Positions 27,924 through 36,722 of a stretch of 64,000 nucleotides of DNA are shown piece by piece. A program made the position numbers and the translations under genes. Position 1 is the first letter of the stretch; each line of letters opens with the position of its first letter. The notes below the pieces were generated by a model, which had not been told where the DNA came from, searched no databases, and was given only the letters and a program-made list of their open reading frames with translations. The stretch is taken from the NCBI GenBank assembly GCA_046350755.1, contig JAXLZV010000001.1, positions 270,855-334,854 of the forward strand. The letters run 5' to 3'. The stretch is from Candidatus Saccharimonadota bacterium. Its GTDB lineage: Bacteria; Patescibacteriota; Saccharimonadia; CAILAD01; GCA-016700035.

Positions 27924-28547
27924 TTAATGATCGAGTCGCGTGAAGATCGCCCAATAATTGGCGTATTCTAATAATTTCGCCTCGTCGACGAGATCGGGGC
28001 CAGTGGTATGTACCGGATCATGAACTAAAAATTGCCGTGTTGCCGCTAACCAGCCAGCAATAACCACCTGGTGATTCTCGCTATTTTTCGAAAACCCACT
28101 GCGCACACTCAGCAGCACCGGCGATTGACCCTGTAAAGACGTGCGGAGGGCGAGAAGCAGCTTCTCAGAATTCTCGCGGATATTTTTTTCGGCATCAATC
28201 TGGCTACGTACTAAATGCATCTGCAAGTCACTATAGCCTTCATGTTCGGCAAAATACTGCGGGTCCTGAGAGGGCGCTGTCCAATTACGACGCCAGGCCA
28301 ACAAGCCATAACTCGTCAGCACCCGGACCTGTCCGGGGTGCCACCAATCATTGTGATCGTTGATCGCATGGTAGCTCTCAGCTCGCCGAAATATTTCTTC
28401 AGCCGGAATGCCGTGACTCAGAAAATATTCTAGAATCATCTCGAGACTAGCGAGACCGCAACGTTGCCGTGGCTCCATCAGGTGTACGCTTAAGAGTTCA
28501 GGATCTTCCTGCCAGGAGTGCTTGAGCTGTAAACGAATATCGCTCAT
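27924..28547 (-). CDS. C39-like (papain-fold, Peptidase_C39_2 / BtrH-N-like) cysteine peptidase domain protein
   Basis: RQRCGLASLEMILEYF resembles the Q..CG catalytic Cys context of C39-like peptidases; a candidate His lies downstream (HQVVIAGW). Start at the ATG at 28547 gives an ATGA overlap with the murF stop. Confidence 0.45.
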   Translation of the reverse strand: MSDIRLQLKHSWQEDPELLSVHLMEPRQRCGLASLEMILEYFLSHGIPAEEIFRRAESYHAINDHNDWWHPGQVRVLTSYGLLAWRRNWTAPSQDPQYFAEHEGYSDLQMHLVRSQIDAEKNIRENSEKLLLALRTSLQGQSPVLLSVRSGFSKNSENHQVVIAGWLAATRQFLVHDPVHTTGPDLVDEAKLLEYANYWAIFTRLDH

Positions 28548-29830
28548 ATACCAAATGATTTTTTCTTTTTGCGCTTCCAAGCCTTCGACTGACGAACCAG
28601 CTCTCGGCCCGGGTGGTGCCCAGGTGCCAGCAAGATTCGGCTTGTTTCCTCAGTAAAGACGCCATTTTGCGAGCCTTTGACGAGTATGTAGTCATTCGCC
28701 TGAACGTGCTTCTTGAGATAGTGTCCGGCCTCGTAAGGGGTGCGAAAAATCTTCACCTTGGGCTTGTCCATGCCAGCCTCGATCGCCGCTGGTGCCAAAT
28801 ACTGACCAGCTACCTTACCAACGGTCACTAACATGTCGAGCTGGCTCTTGGCTGCATATCTGCCAATCTCACGATGCAAATCGGCGCTAAAATCACCAAG
28901 CTCATTCATGCTTCCCAGCACCGCTACCCGACTACGTGCCGGCAACTGCTGCAGCGTGTCGAGCGCGGCTTTGACTGCGGCTGGACTTGAGTTATAGCTA
29001 TCGTCGAGTAGCACTGCGTCGTTGACAGCTGGCAGGCGGCGCATCCGACCGACCGGTGACTCAATCGCCTGCAACCCGCGCGTTATCACCTTGTCGGACA
29101 ATCCGAGCTCACGACCAACGGTAGCGGCAGCCAGGACCGCACTCAAACCATGCTGTGCTATCAGGCGTGTCTTAATCGGTAGTTTCTTCCGATCGAGCAC
29201 TAGGTCGAAGGTCAGGTAGCCGGCTGGCGTCCGCGTCACACGTTCGGCACGGACAAAACCATGCTGCAAACCAAAACCGTGTGTCTGCTTTTTGCGCTCC
29301 ATCACGCTCCGGACCAGCTCAAAATCGGCATTATACAGAACGGTGTCAGCCAACGATGCCAAAGCCACAGCATCATCGCGCAATTGCTCGACCGATGCAA
29401 AGCGCTCCATATGGGCTGGGCTGACACCAGTCAAAACGCACAGTGTCGGCTTGAGTAGCTCAACCCAAGGCGTCATCATCGCCCGTTCGTCTTCAGCTAT
29501 TTCGATCACTAAGACATCATACGGATAGTCAGCCAGACTGAGCTTAATATCGGCAAAGATCTTGCGCCACGCCGCTGGACTGGTGTTCCGATCTGGTGAC
29601 TTGAGACCGAATATCGCCAGCGGCACACCAGTCTCGGTGTTGTAACTATCCTCAGAATAGCCGACTTTCTTGCCGGCCGCTTCCAATAGTGTACCAATCG
29701 CCACCTTAGTACTGGTCTTTCCTACCGTGCCGGTCACCGTGATAATCATCAAATCACGCGATGCCAGTAACTGACGGACGTATTTCCTTAAGCGCGCCAC
29801 GACGACTCGGCTGGCGAGGCGCTTAATCAT
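28544..29830 (-). CDS. murF: UDP-N-acetylmuramoyl-tripeptide--D-alanyl-D-alanine ligase (Mur ligase family, MurF-like)
   Basis: Mur-ligase ATP-binding P-loop TGTVGKTST, central and C-terminal Mur ligase domains; directly downstream of ddl. Confidence 0.75.
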   Translation of the reverse strand: MIKRLASRVVVARLRKYVRQLLASRDLMIITVTGTVGKTSTKVAIGTLLEAAGKKVGYSEDSYNTETGVPLAIFGLKSPDRNTSPAAWRKIFADIKLSLADYPYDVLVIEIAEDERAMMTPWVELLKPTLCVLTGVSPAHMERFASVEQLRDDAVALASLADTVLYNADFELVRSVMERKKQTHGFGLQHGFVRAERVTRTPAGYLTFDLVLDRKKLPIKTRLIAQHGLSAVLAAATVGRELGLSDKVITRGLQAIESPVGRMRRLPAVNDAVLLDDSYNSSPAAVKAALDTLQQLPARSRVAVLGSMNELGDFSADLHREIGRYAAKSQLDMLVTVGKVAGQYLAPAAIEAGMDKPKVKIFRTPYEAGHYLKKHVQANDYILVKGSQNGVFTEETSRILLAPGHHPGRELVRQSKAWKRKKKKSFGI

Positions 29831-30888
29831 TCGTAATGACCTGATTCATATGTATGTAATTCTACCACCTCGGGCCGTGAAAATGCGCGCTGCGCGAGGT
29901 GTTCGATCAATGCCGCATAGTCATAGCCGATGGCCGCTGCAGCTTGCGGCAAGAGACTGACGCCAGTTAAGCCAGGTAAAGTATTTGTCTCCAGTACCCA
30001 TAGCCGGTTTCGGCCCAGAATAAAATCAGTCCGGCTATAATCACGACAGCCAAGTGCCCGATGCGCGGCCAAAGCTGCTCGCTGCACCGCCGCGCTAACC
30101 GATTCACTCAACGGCGCGGGTGTTATCTCCTCAGTCGCATCCGGTGTGTATTTTGCTAAGTAATCAAAAAACTTTGCCTCACGCGGTCGAATCATCGTCG
30201 GCGGCAGAGCAAATGCTCCCTGTTCGTCCTCTAGCACACCGCAGGTCAACTCCACGCCTTGCACAAAACGCTGGACGATGAGCTGATCATACTCCACACT
30301 CGCGCTTTCCAGCGCTTCAGCTAGTTGCGCGGCTGAAAAACAGATTTTTACTCCGATCGAGCTGCCGGCGGCATTTGGCTTCACCACTACCGGAAAACCA
30401 TAGGCCGCTATGATTTGCCGAATGAGTCGGGCTCGGGCACTGACCCACTGGGCGCGATTCACAATCGTATAGTCAGGTACCGCCAGTCCGAGTCGTTTAA
30501 ATACCTGCATCGAGCGGTGCTTATCGAACGCCAAGCGACTGGCCCGCACGCCACTCCCCTGATAGGGTATCGTCGCCTGATCAAGAATGCGCTGCAACTG
30601 ACCGTCCTCGCCAAACTCACCATGCATCATGATCAGGGCTGCATCAATTAAATACGGTAATCGCCCAACTGCCTCCGCATGAGGGAATTCGATAGTTGGT
30701 CGGCCCGACTGATAGTCTTGTGTCGAACTGTGAAGTTGCCACATCGAATCAGCCGTAACGAGAATAGGCGTAATGGTGTATCGATTCGGATCGAGAACTG
30801 AGAGAGCATAATCAGCACTGGCCCGCGAGACATCATGCTCACGCGACGGACCACCGATCAATACCCCCAAACGTGGTTGCGCGCTCAT
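29827..30888 (-). CDS. ddl: D-alanine--D-alanine ligase
   Basis: LGVLIGGPSREHDVS N-terminus, ATP-grasp fold; 4-nt overlap with murF. Confidence 0.85.
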   Translation of the reverse strand: MSAQPRLGVLIGGPSREHDVSRASADYALSVLDPNRYTITPILVTADSMWQLHSSTQDYQSGRPTIEFPHAEAVGRLPYLIDAALIMMHGEFGEDGQLQRILDQATIPYQGSGVRASRLAFDKHRSMQVFKRLGLAVPDYTIVNRAQWVSARARLIRQIIAAYGFPVVVKPNAAGSSIGVKICFSAAQLAEALESASVEYDQLIVQRFVQGVELTCGVLEDEQGAFALPPTMIRPREAKFFDYLAKYTPDATEEITPAPLSESVSAAVQRAALAAHRALGCRDYSRTDFILGRNRLWVLETNTLPGLTGVSLLPQAAAAIGYDYAALIEHLAQRAFSRPEVVELHTYESGHYE

Positions 30889-30908
30889 ATACTCAGATTA
30901 TAGCGGAA

Positions 30909-31289
30909 TCATCGCTGCGACGCGGACTTTTTCGGGCCTGGAGCTTTGGGTAAACACAGCGCCGCGATACCGAGTAGACTGCGCGGAGCGATAACGCTGA
31001 CAAGAATCGCTATCACCAGCCAGACCGCCAGCGGAATCCTCAGCATCGCTAACATCGCAATCATAACTATCCAAGCGATCACTATCGCACCCCAGACAGC
31101 CGAGCGGATATCACGAGCCTGACGACTATGTGGCTTCTGGAGCCTGTCGAGCTCAAAGAAGTTCAGATACGGTCTCGTCAGCGCCCGAAAGGCTCGCCGT
31201 TCGTAGCCGGACTTCTCTGCAAGCACACCAATCCCGGCCACAAATTGCGGCCCGAAGCATGATAGATAGTTTCTGAGGCGAATGTTCAT
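30909..31289 (-). CDS. DUF454/YbaN-family small inner-membrane protein
   Basis: 126 aa with two TM helices; the basic-then-hydrophobic arrangement fits YbaN-like proteins. Confidence 0.4.
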   Translation of the reverse strand: MNIRLRNYLSCFGPQFVAGIGVLAEKSGYERRAFRALTRPYLNFFELDRLQKPHSRQARDIRSAVWGAIVIAWIVMIAMLAMLRIPLAVWLVIAILVSVIAPRSLLGIAALCLPKAPGPKKSASQR

Positions 31290-31585
31290 AGTATTAGTAT
31301 ACTGTTTTCAAACTATTTTGGAGTCACCTTTCTACTGTTTGATAGTTCATTCAACCATCGAGATGAGCTGGGCCTGCAAATTGGCCATTTCCCGATCCAC
31401 TGGCTCCCCACTGAAATCCGTAAGTAATGTCGCCTATCGCCGCCTATACCCTTATCGGAAATACTACGATAATTAACATAGCAATAGAATCAAACAGTAA
31501 TGATATTTTTCGGAGTTGAGTAAGAAAGTCAATGCGACTAGATAACATAAGTGAATTGTCTCATATCAATTATCTTAGGTTAAAC

Positions 31586-32740
31586 CTATCTATTACGAAC
31601 TTTCCATCGAAATAGCCATACCATAATTAAGAAAGAGCCCATAGCAAGTAATCCTCTTAGAAAGATAAAACCGCCACTACTCCCAACCCGGGGCAATTGC
31701 CCAGAAGCCGGAATAACCGATGGGCCTGCTGTGGGGTTGCCGGAAGAAACAGGTGGCGAAACGATTCCGCTCAGTCGACCAATTGCATTCCCATCACCTT
31801 CGACAAACCAAATATTATCATCTAGTCCAGCTACAATACCATTCGGCAAACTAGCATTTGTAGGGATCGAGTACTCAGTAATCACGCCTGATGTCGTTAT
31901 GCGTGCGACGTTATTACCATTTGACTGTGTAAACCATAAGTTATCATCAGGACCTAACGCGATATAGAAAGATGCGCTATTCGCGGTCGGGATGGGGAAC
32001 TCAGTCACTACTCCGCTCGTGGTAATCCGACCAATACTGTTACTCGAAGTTTCGGTAAACCACAAGTTGCCATCAGAGCCAGCTGTAATACCTGCAGGGT
32101 TCGCACCAGGAGTAGAGATCGGAAACTCTGTGACAACACCGCTAGTTGTGATGCGACCAATGTTATTGCCAAGATATTCCGAAAACCATAAATTCCCATC
32201 AGGACCTGAGGTAATAACGGATGGTATCCCGCCTGAAGTAGGAATAGGATATTCGGTTACAACTCCGGCCGTGGTAATGCGACCGATGTTTCCAGCCTGC
32301 TCGGTAAACCACAGATTCCCGTCAGGGCCGACTACCAACCCAACTGGAGTGCTATTTGGAGTTAAGACAGGAAACTCTGTGACAACACCGCTAGTTGTGA
32401 TGCGACCAATGTTATTGCCATTCCCTTCCGTAAACCACAAATTACCATCGGGGCCAGTCACTATAGTTATTGGATAGCTGCTATTAGTGGGTAGCGAGAA
32501 TTCAGTCATCAACCCTGAAGATGTGACACGCCCTATCTGATTGCCATTACTTTCCGTAAACCACAAATTACCATCGGGGCCAGTCGTTATAATACCTAGC
32601 CCACAAGATGGTGTGGGAACAGAAAACTCCGAGAAGGTCGGTGCAGCTAGTGTGTGAACTGGTGAAATCACCGTAATAATGGCAATCACGAAACAAATTG
32701 AGATGACTTTAGTCGTACTCAGAGAAAAGTGAGAAAGCAT
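31586..32740 (-). CDS. Secreted Vgb (virginiamycin B lyase)-like beta-propeller repeat protein with a C-terminal sorting-signal-like tail
   Basis: About 7 repeats of GPDGNLWFTE..NNIGRITTSGVVTEFP, matching the Vgb blade motif WFTE..NKIGRIT..G.ITEY.LP. N-terminal signal peptide; C-terminus LPRVG plus hydrophobic stretch plus RWKVRNR. Confidence 0.65.
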   Translation of the reverse strand: MLSHFSLSTTKVISICFVIAIITVISPVHTLAAPTFSEFSVPTPSCGLGIITTGPDGNLWFTESNGNQIGRVTSSGLMTEFSLPTNSSYPITIVTGPDGNLWFTEGNGNNIGRITTSGVVTEFPVLTPNSTPVGLVVGPDGNLWFTEQAGNIGRITTAGVVTEYPIPTSGGIPSVITSGPDGNLWFSEYLGNNIGRITTSGVVTEFPISTPGANPAGITAGSDGNLWFTETSSNSIGRITTSGVVTEFPIPTANSASFYIALGPDDNLWFTQSNGNNVARITTSGVITEYSIPTNASLPNGIVAGLDDNIWFVEGDGNAIGRLSGIVSPPVSSGNPTAGPSVIPASGQLPRVGSSGGFIFLRGLLAMGSFLIMVWLFRWKVRNR

Positions 32741-32819
32741 AACAGAATTGTCTCACTGGACAATCAGGAATGCAAAAACCGGTATCCCATTTACTTACGG
32801 ATTGGACGTAGTGTGACTA

Positions 32820-34367
32820 CTATCGAACACCCGGCGTTGGGAAAGTTTCCGTACGCCTTGTAGCCTGTCGTGAGGTGCGATTGCGGATGATGCCGGCCGC
32901 TGGCACGACGGTAAATGCGAGTGCGGCCGCCAAGAACAGCCAGAGGTTCTCTCCGGTATTCGCGAGGCCGGTGCCCGTCGAACTAGCGGTGGTCGCCAGC
33001 CCAACTGGATCGACGATGATGCCGTTCTCCGCACCATCATCATCCAGGGATCCGCCATCAGTGATGGAGTACGTGAGCTTAAGGGCATGATGGCCGTTCA
33101 GAGTCGTCTCGGTGATAACAGCGCCAGGAATGTCTGAGAATGTCTGAACACTCGAGTGATACTTCCGGGCTGTCACTTGGTTCGGGAGCAGATCAGTCTC
33201 AAAGGTGAGATTGACCACCTGCGTCGAGCCCGTGGGCGCAGTCATGGTGAAGTTCACCAGGCCAAGTGGATACATCTGACCAGTATCTGTCTTGGGTAGC
33301 GAGCTAGCTGCCGTGGCACTCAGAGCTGTAATACTCGTACCATCCCCTGTCTGCAGCTGGATGTCTGGCGAGCCACCTGGCTGATTCACCGTCTTGGTGG
33401 TGATGGGAAGTTCGAGGCGGCCGATGTTGTTAGTTCCCGCTTCAGCGAACCAGATATTGTCTTGGCCGGCGGCAACAACAAAGGTCGAGCTACCGGGGCT
33501 TGGTATCGAGTATTCGGTAATGACTCCAGCTGCGTTAATACGACCTACATTATTGCCAATAATTTCCGCGAACCACATATTACCATCAATTCCGGTAGTT
33601 ATAAATCCTGGAGCAGAGCTCGATGTAGGCACAGGATACTCAGTGATTGTGCCGGCTGGTGTTATACGTCCAATATTATTGCCAGTATTCTCTGTGAACC
33701 ATAGATTGCCGTCAGAGCCACTCGTTATACCAGCTGGGAAACTAGTGAGTGTTGGCGTTGGGAATTCTGTAATACTGCCTGCAGGAGTAATGCGACCAAT
33801 ATTGCTTCCTTCCGCTTCTGTGAACCATAGATTGCCGTCAGAGCCAGCGATAATCCCGAATGGACTGCTCAACTGTGTTGGTATCGGGAATTCGGTGATT
33901 ACGCCAGAAGTTGTAATCCGACCAATATTGTTTCCCGCTGTTTCTGTGAACCAGAGGTTTCCATCGGGTCCTATGGTGATACCAAGTGGCTCACTGTTAG
34001 GGGTTAATATCGAGAATTCTGTAATATCACCACTTGGGGTGATGCGACCAACATTATTGCCTCCCGCCTCTGTGAACCAGAGGTTTCCATCGGGTCCTAT
34101 GGTGATAAATCTCGATAATGAGCCTGGGGTCGGTATTGCATACTCTGTAATATCACCACTTGGGGTGATGCGACCAACATTGTTGCCTCCCGCCTCTGTG
34201 AACCACGTATTACCGTCGGGTCCAGCTACAATACCTGTTGGCATTGCGTTCGGCGTAGATATCGGATACTCCGTAATATCATTCGGCGCAGCTAGCGCCT
34301 TACATGGGACTACTACTGCTAGTGCAGCTACGGTAAGTCCAGTTACTATTAGTCGCCAAGTACGCAC
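32820..34367 (-). CDS. Secreted Vgb-like beta-propeller repeat protein (8+ blades) with an extra C-terminal domain and a LAxTG-type sortase signal
   Basis: Same blade motif, repeated. C-terminal LANTG, then a hydrophobic segment, then a basic tail (cell-wall sorting signal of the class-E LAxTG type). Confidence 0.65.
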   Translation of the reverse strand: MRTWRLIVTGLTVAALAVVVPCKALAAPNDITEYPISTPNAMPTGIVAGPDGNTWFTEAGGNNVGRITPSGDITEYAIPTPGSLSRFITIGPDGNLWFTEAGGNNVGRITPSGDITEFSILTPNSEPLGITIGPDGNLWFTETAGNNIGRITTSGVITEFPIPTQLSSPFGIIAGSDGNLWFTEAEGSNIGRITPAGSITEFPTPTLTSFPAGITSGSDGNLWFTENTGNNIGRITPAGTITEYPVPTSSSAPGFITTGIDGNMWFAEIIGNNVGRINAAGVITEYSIPSPGSSTFVVAAGQDNIWFAEAGTNNIGRLELPITTKTVNQPGGSPDIQLQTGDGTSITALSATAASSLPKTDTGQMYPLGLVNFTMTAPTGSTQVVNLTFETDLLPNQVTARKYHSSVQTFSDIPGAVITETTLNGHHALKLTYSITDGGSLDDDGAENGIIVDPVGLATTASSTGTGLANTGENLWLFLAAALAFTVVPAAGIIRNRTSRQATRRTETFPTPGVR

Positions 34368-34506
34368 TACTGTTGAAGACGCTTAAACATAACCAGATTC
34401 TCTCATAGCTGCAAAGGAGTGACAATTGTAGCCAAGCAGTTGCCTCATTGATGTGACCGTTCTATGCACATTGAACGGTATTGACAACGGACTCACAAAC
34501 AGCGAA

Positions 34507-34575
34507 GACAAGAATAGACACCCGCAAGAGTGCCTATTTGATGTGTTCAATAATTGCCGGTGGAGCTAGGGAGAC
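34507..34575. repeat. Distal imperfect direct repeat (about 80% identical to 39140..39210) containing a degenerate copy of the tRNA-Ala 3' end and its terminator hairpin; putative island boundary (att-like)
   Basis: gacaagaatagacacccgcaagagtgcctatttgatgtgttcaataattgccggtggagctagggagac aligns with gacgaaaacaggcacccataatagagtgcctgtttgacatgttcattaaatcgtggtggagctagggagac; both end in the last ~17 nt of tRNA-Ala (reverse-strand sequence). Confidence 0.6.
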
Positions 34576-34723
34576 AGCGGGCTACGCCCTTCCCCCTGCG
34601 TTGCTCGGCATGACATGAGGCAAGCATCAGCCTTGCCTGCGCTACTCGTCCGCCGAACTCCACGGCAGTTCTCACACCCCGATTTACCAAAGTAAAAGGC
34701 CAGCGCTGAGCTGGTCTTTTACT

Positions 34724-35146
34724 TTGGTGGACCTTGTGAGTCAGTATTCGCGGTCACGGTTGCATCTGGAAAGGCGAACCATAACCGGATTCAATACGAA
34801 CGTGAGATGGATCGGGGCGAAGGGATCGTCTGTCGAGGGTGGTTCTGCGGTACACACCCTCTCTACATCTCGCCATCGGCACTTGTCGTCAAATGAGGCC
34901 GCAGAGCTTGTAGCTCGATACCGAAGTGGAGAGAAGATCAAGGATCTAGCTGCCAGCTACAAGATTCACCGCTCCACGGTGATGGCGCACCTCCGCAGAG
35001 CTGGGGAGCTGAAGCACAAGGGCTGGACCGACGAAACAACGGCCGAAGCCAGGAAGCTCAGAGCTGCCGGCCTAACGATCGTGGAGGTCGCAGCCAGACT
35101 TGGACGACCACCGTCGACGGTCCAGAGACGGCTGAACCAGAATTAA
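34724..35146 (+). CDS. Helix-turn-helix DNA-binding protein (two HTH-like segments; resembles N-terminal DNA-binding modules of transposases/resolvases); copy 1
   Basis: 140 aa: ...LVARYRSGEKIKDLAASYKIHRSTVMAHLRRAG...LTIVEVAARLGRPPSTVQRRL. High GC. Paralogue of 35883..36296. Confidence 0.5.
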   Translation: MVDLVSQYSRSRLHLERRTITGFNTNVRWIGAKGSSVEGGSAVHTLSTSRHRHLSSNEAAELVARYRSGEKIKDLAASYKIHRSTVMAHLRRAGELKHKGWTDETTAEARKLRAAGLTIVEVAARLGRPPSTVQRRLNQN

Positions 35147-35208
35147 ATAGAAAAGGGCCCTCGCTTTCGAGGACCCGTGTGCCTAGAGGCGCAGCCCAAG
35201 GCATCGTG

Positions 35209-35625
35209 TCAGATCTTTAGCACGCGCTTGACTTTGGCGAGCTCAGCGCCGGTTCGCTTCCGCTGCCGTGAGCGCTTATCAGCCTCGCGCTTGACGGCGG
35301 GTTGCTGCATGAGAGCTTCCTGGCAGAACGCCACGAACAGGTCCTGGGCCAACATGACCCAACCTGAGGCTTCGCGGATCATGCCTTCACTCTCCATGGA
35401 CAGCTCGGCCCAGTTCGGAAAGGCACGGATCATCTCGACCAGCATGACTCTGGCTTCGTCGATCGTGTCGATCTTCGCTCGGGCGGCGTAGTAGGCGGCG
35501 TCTTCGAGGTTCAGCGGCCAGCGCTCCCCGTTCTCCTCAACGAGCGTGTAACTCATGAATACACGCTTCGCCTCCTCCGCCAAGCCATTGAACAGAACGG
35601 ACGGGGTGTCTGTCATCGTGGGCAT
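35209..35625 (-). CDS. Hypothetical protein (138 aa) between the two HTH paralogues
   Basis: Protein-like composition with a C-terminal basic tail (KREADKRSRQRKRTGAELAKVKR); no motif recognised. Confidence 0.35.
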   Translation of the reverse strand: MPTMTDTPSVLFNGLAEEAKRVFMSYTLVEENGERWPLNLEDAAYYAARAKIDTIDEARVMLVEMIRAFPNWAELSMESEGMIREASGWVMLAQDLFVAFCQEALMQQPAVKREADKRSRQRKRTGAELAKVKRVLKI

Positions 35626-35882
35626 TTGCTCCTCCGAACGTCATGCTGACTCTCAGCAGGACGTGGAAAGGAGCAAGTACTTTGCGAACAGCGGAACCCG
35701 CACACTTTACCATATTTAATCAATTTTGGGAATACCGCGGGATGCATCAAAGGCGGTTGACGCGCAGCTCACAAACTGAGAAGACGAAAATAGACCCTTG
35801 CATAGGGCCTACATCTTGAATATCATCTGTCCTACAGCTTCTGAAAGATGTCAGAAGTCGGGTTTCTATTGGTGTCTTACTG

Positions 35883-36296
35883 GTGGACGTACTGAGACAG
35901 TATTCGCGGTTAGCTGCCTATCTCGAAAACCGAACCATAACCGGTTTTCATCCGAACACGAGATGGGTTGGCGCCAAGGGATCGTCCGTCGAGGCCGTCC
36001 AGCCGTCACTCTCTACATCTCGCCATCGGCGCCTGTCGTCAAGTGAAGTGGCCGAGCTCGTAGCTCGATATAGAGGCGGCGAGAAGATCAAAGACCTGGC
36101 TGTCAGCTACAAGATCCACCGCTCCACCGTGATGGCACACCTCCGCAAGGCCGGAGAGCTGAAGCACAAGGGGTGGACCGACGAAACCACGGCCGAGGCA
36201 CGATGGCTCCGGGATGCCGGGCTGACGATCGCGGAGATTGCGGCCAGGCTCGGCCGACCGCCTTCGACGGTGCAGAGGCGGCTGAGTCGGGGTTAA
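35883..36296 (+). CDS. Helix-turn-helix DNA-binding protein; copy 2 (paralogue of 34724..35146)
   Basis: 137 aa, about 80% identical to copy 1 by hand alignment. Confidence 0.5.
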   Translation: MDVLRQYSRLAAYLENRTITGFHPNTRWVGAKGSSVEAVQPSLSTSRHRRLSSSEVAELVARYRGGEKIKDLAVSYKIHRSTVMAHLRKAGELKHKGWTDETTAEARWLRDAGLTIAEIAARLGRPPSTVQRRLSRG

Positions 36297-36712
36297 TGCA
36301 TTGAATGGTCCATCATCATCGATGAATCGTAAGTTCCGTAGCCCCAATCTGAATACCAAGCTTCCATACGATCAATCTCAGATGTTTGAGCAGCAATAAT
36401 GTCACGACCCAGCGCCTTCACTTCCTCATGCTTGGCACGATCGTTGATCAATTCAGCCATCTCTATCGCCCCCTCGTGATGAGGAATCATCTGACGGATG
36501 AACTCCTTGTCAAACTCATCCCCCTCTTTATCGCGCAACATCGCAACCATGTGATCCATCGAACCTTCGCTATACATCATCTGAGACTTATCGATCGACT
36601 GCGGTTCAGACTTTGCAGTTGCCTGCATCACACCAAACGTCACGCTTGCCCCAACAATGAGACCTACTATTCCAAACAAGATCTGCTCTTTATTCATAAT
36701 TACTCCCTCCAT
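36293..36712 (-). CDS. DUF305-family protein (metal/copper-resistance associated), membrane-anchored
   Basis: MIPHHEGAIEMAE is the DUF305 HHxGAI signature; N-terminal TM; downstream of the copper ATPase. Confidence 0.6.
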   Translation of the reverse strand: MEGVIMNKEQILFGIVGLIVGASVTFGVMQATAKSEPQSIDKSQMMYSEGSMDHMVAMLRDKEGDEFDKEFIRQMIPHHEGAIEMAELINDRAKHEEVKALGRDIIAAQTSEIDRMEAWYSDWGYGTYDSSMMMDHSMH

Positions 36713-36722
36713 CTACATTTTG

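Noticed and set aside
31992-32477. 161-aa plus-strand ORF inside the first propeller gene
   Set aside because: It is a mirror ORF created by the tandem blade repeats on the opposite strand. The minus-strand reading has the signal peptide, the Vgb motifs and the sorting signal.
33394-34386. 330-aa plus-strand ORF inside the second propeller gene
   Set aside because: Same repeat-induced antisense artefact. Its periodic PSGP/VIRP pattern is just the reverse read of the blade repeats.
34576-34700. Possible second degenerate tRNA-Ala body adjoining the distal repeat (gcatgacatgaggcaagc resembles the anticodon arm gcatgccatgcaagc)
   Set aside because: The similarity is patchy with indels and no cloverleaf can be drawn. 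It is reported only as part of the island finding.
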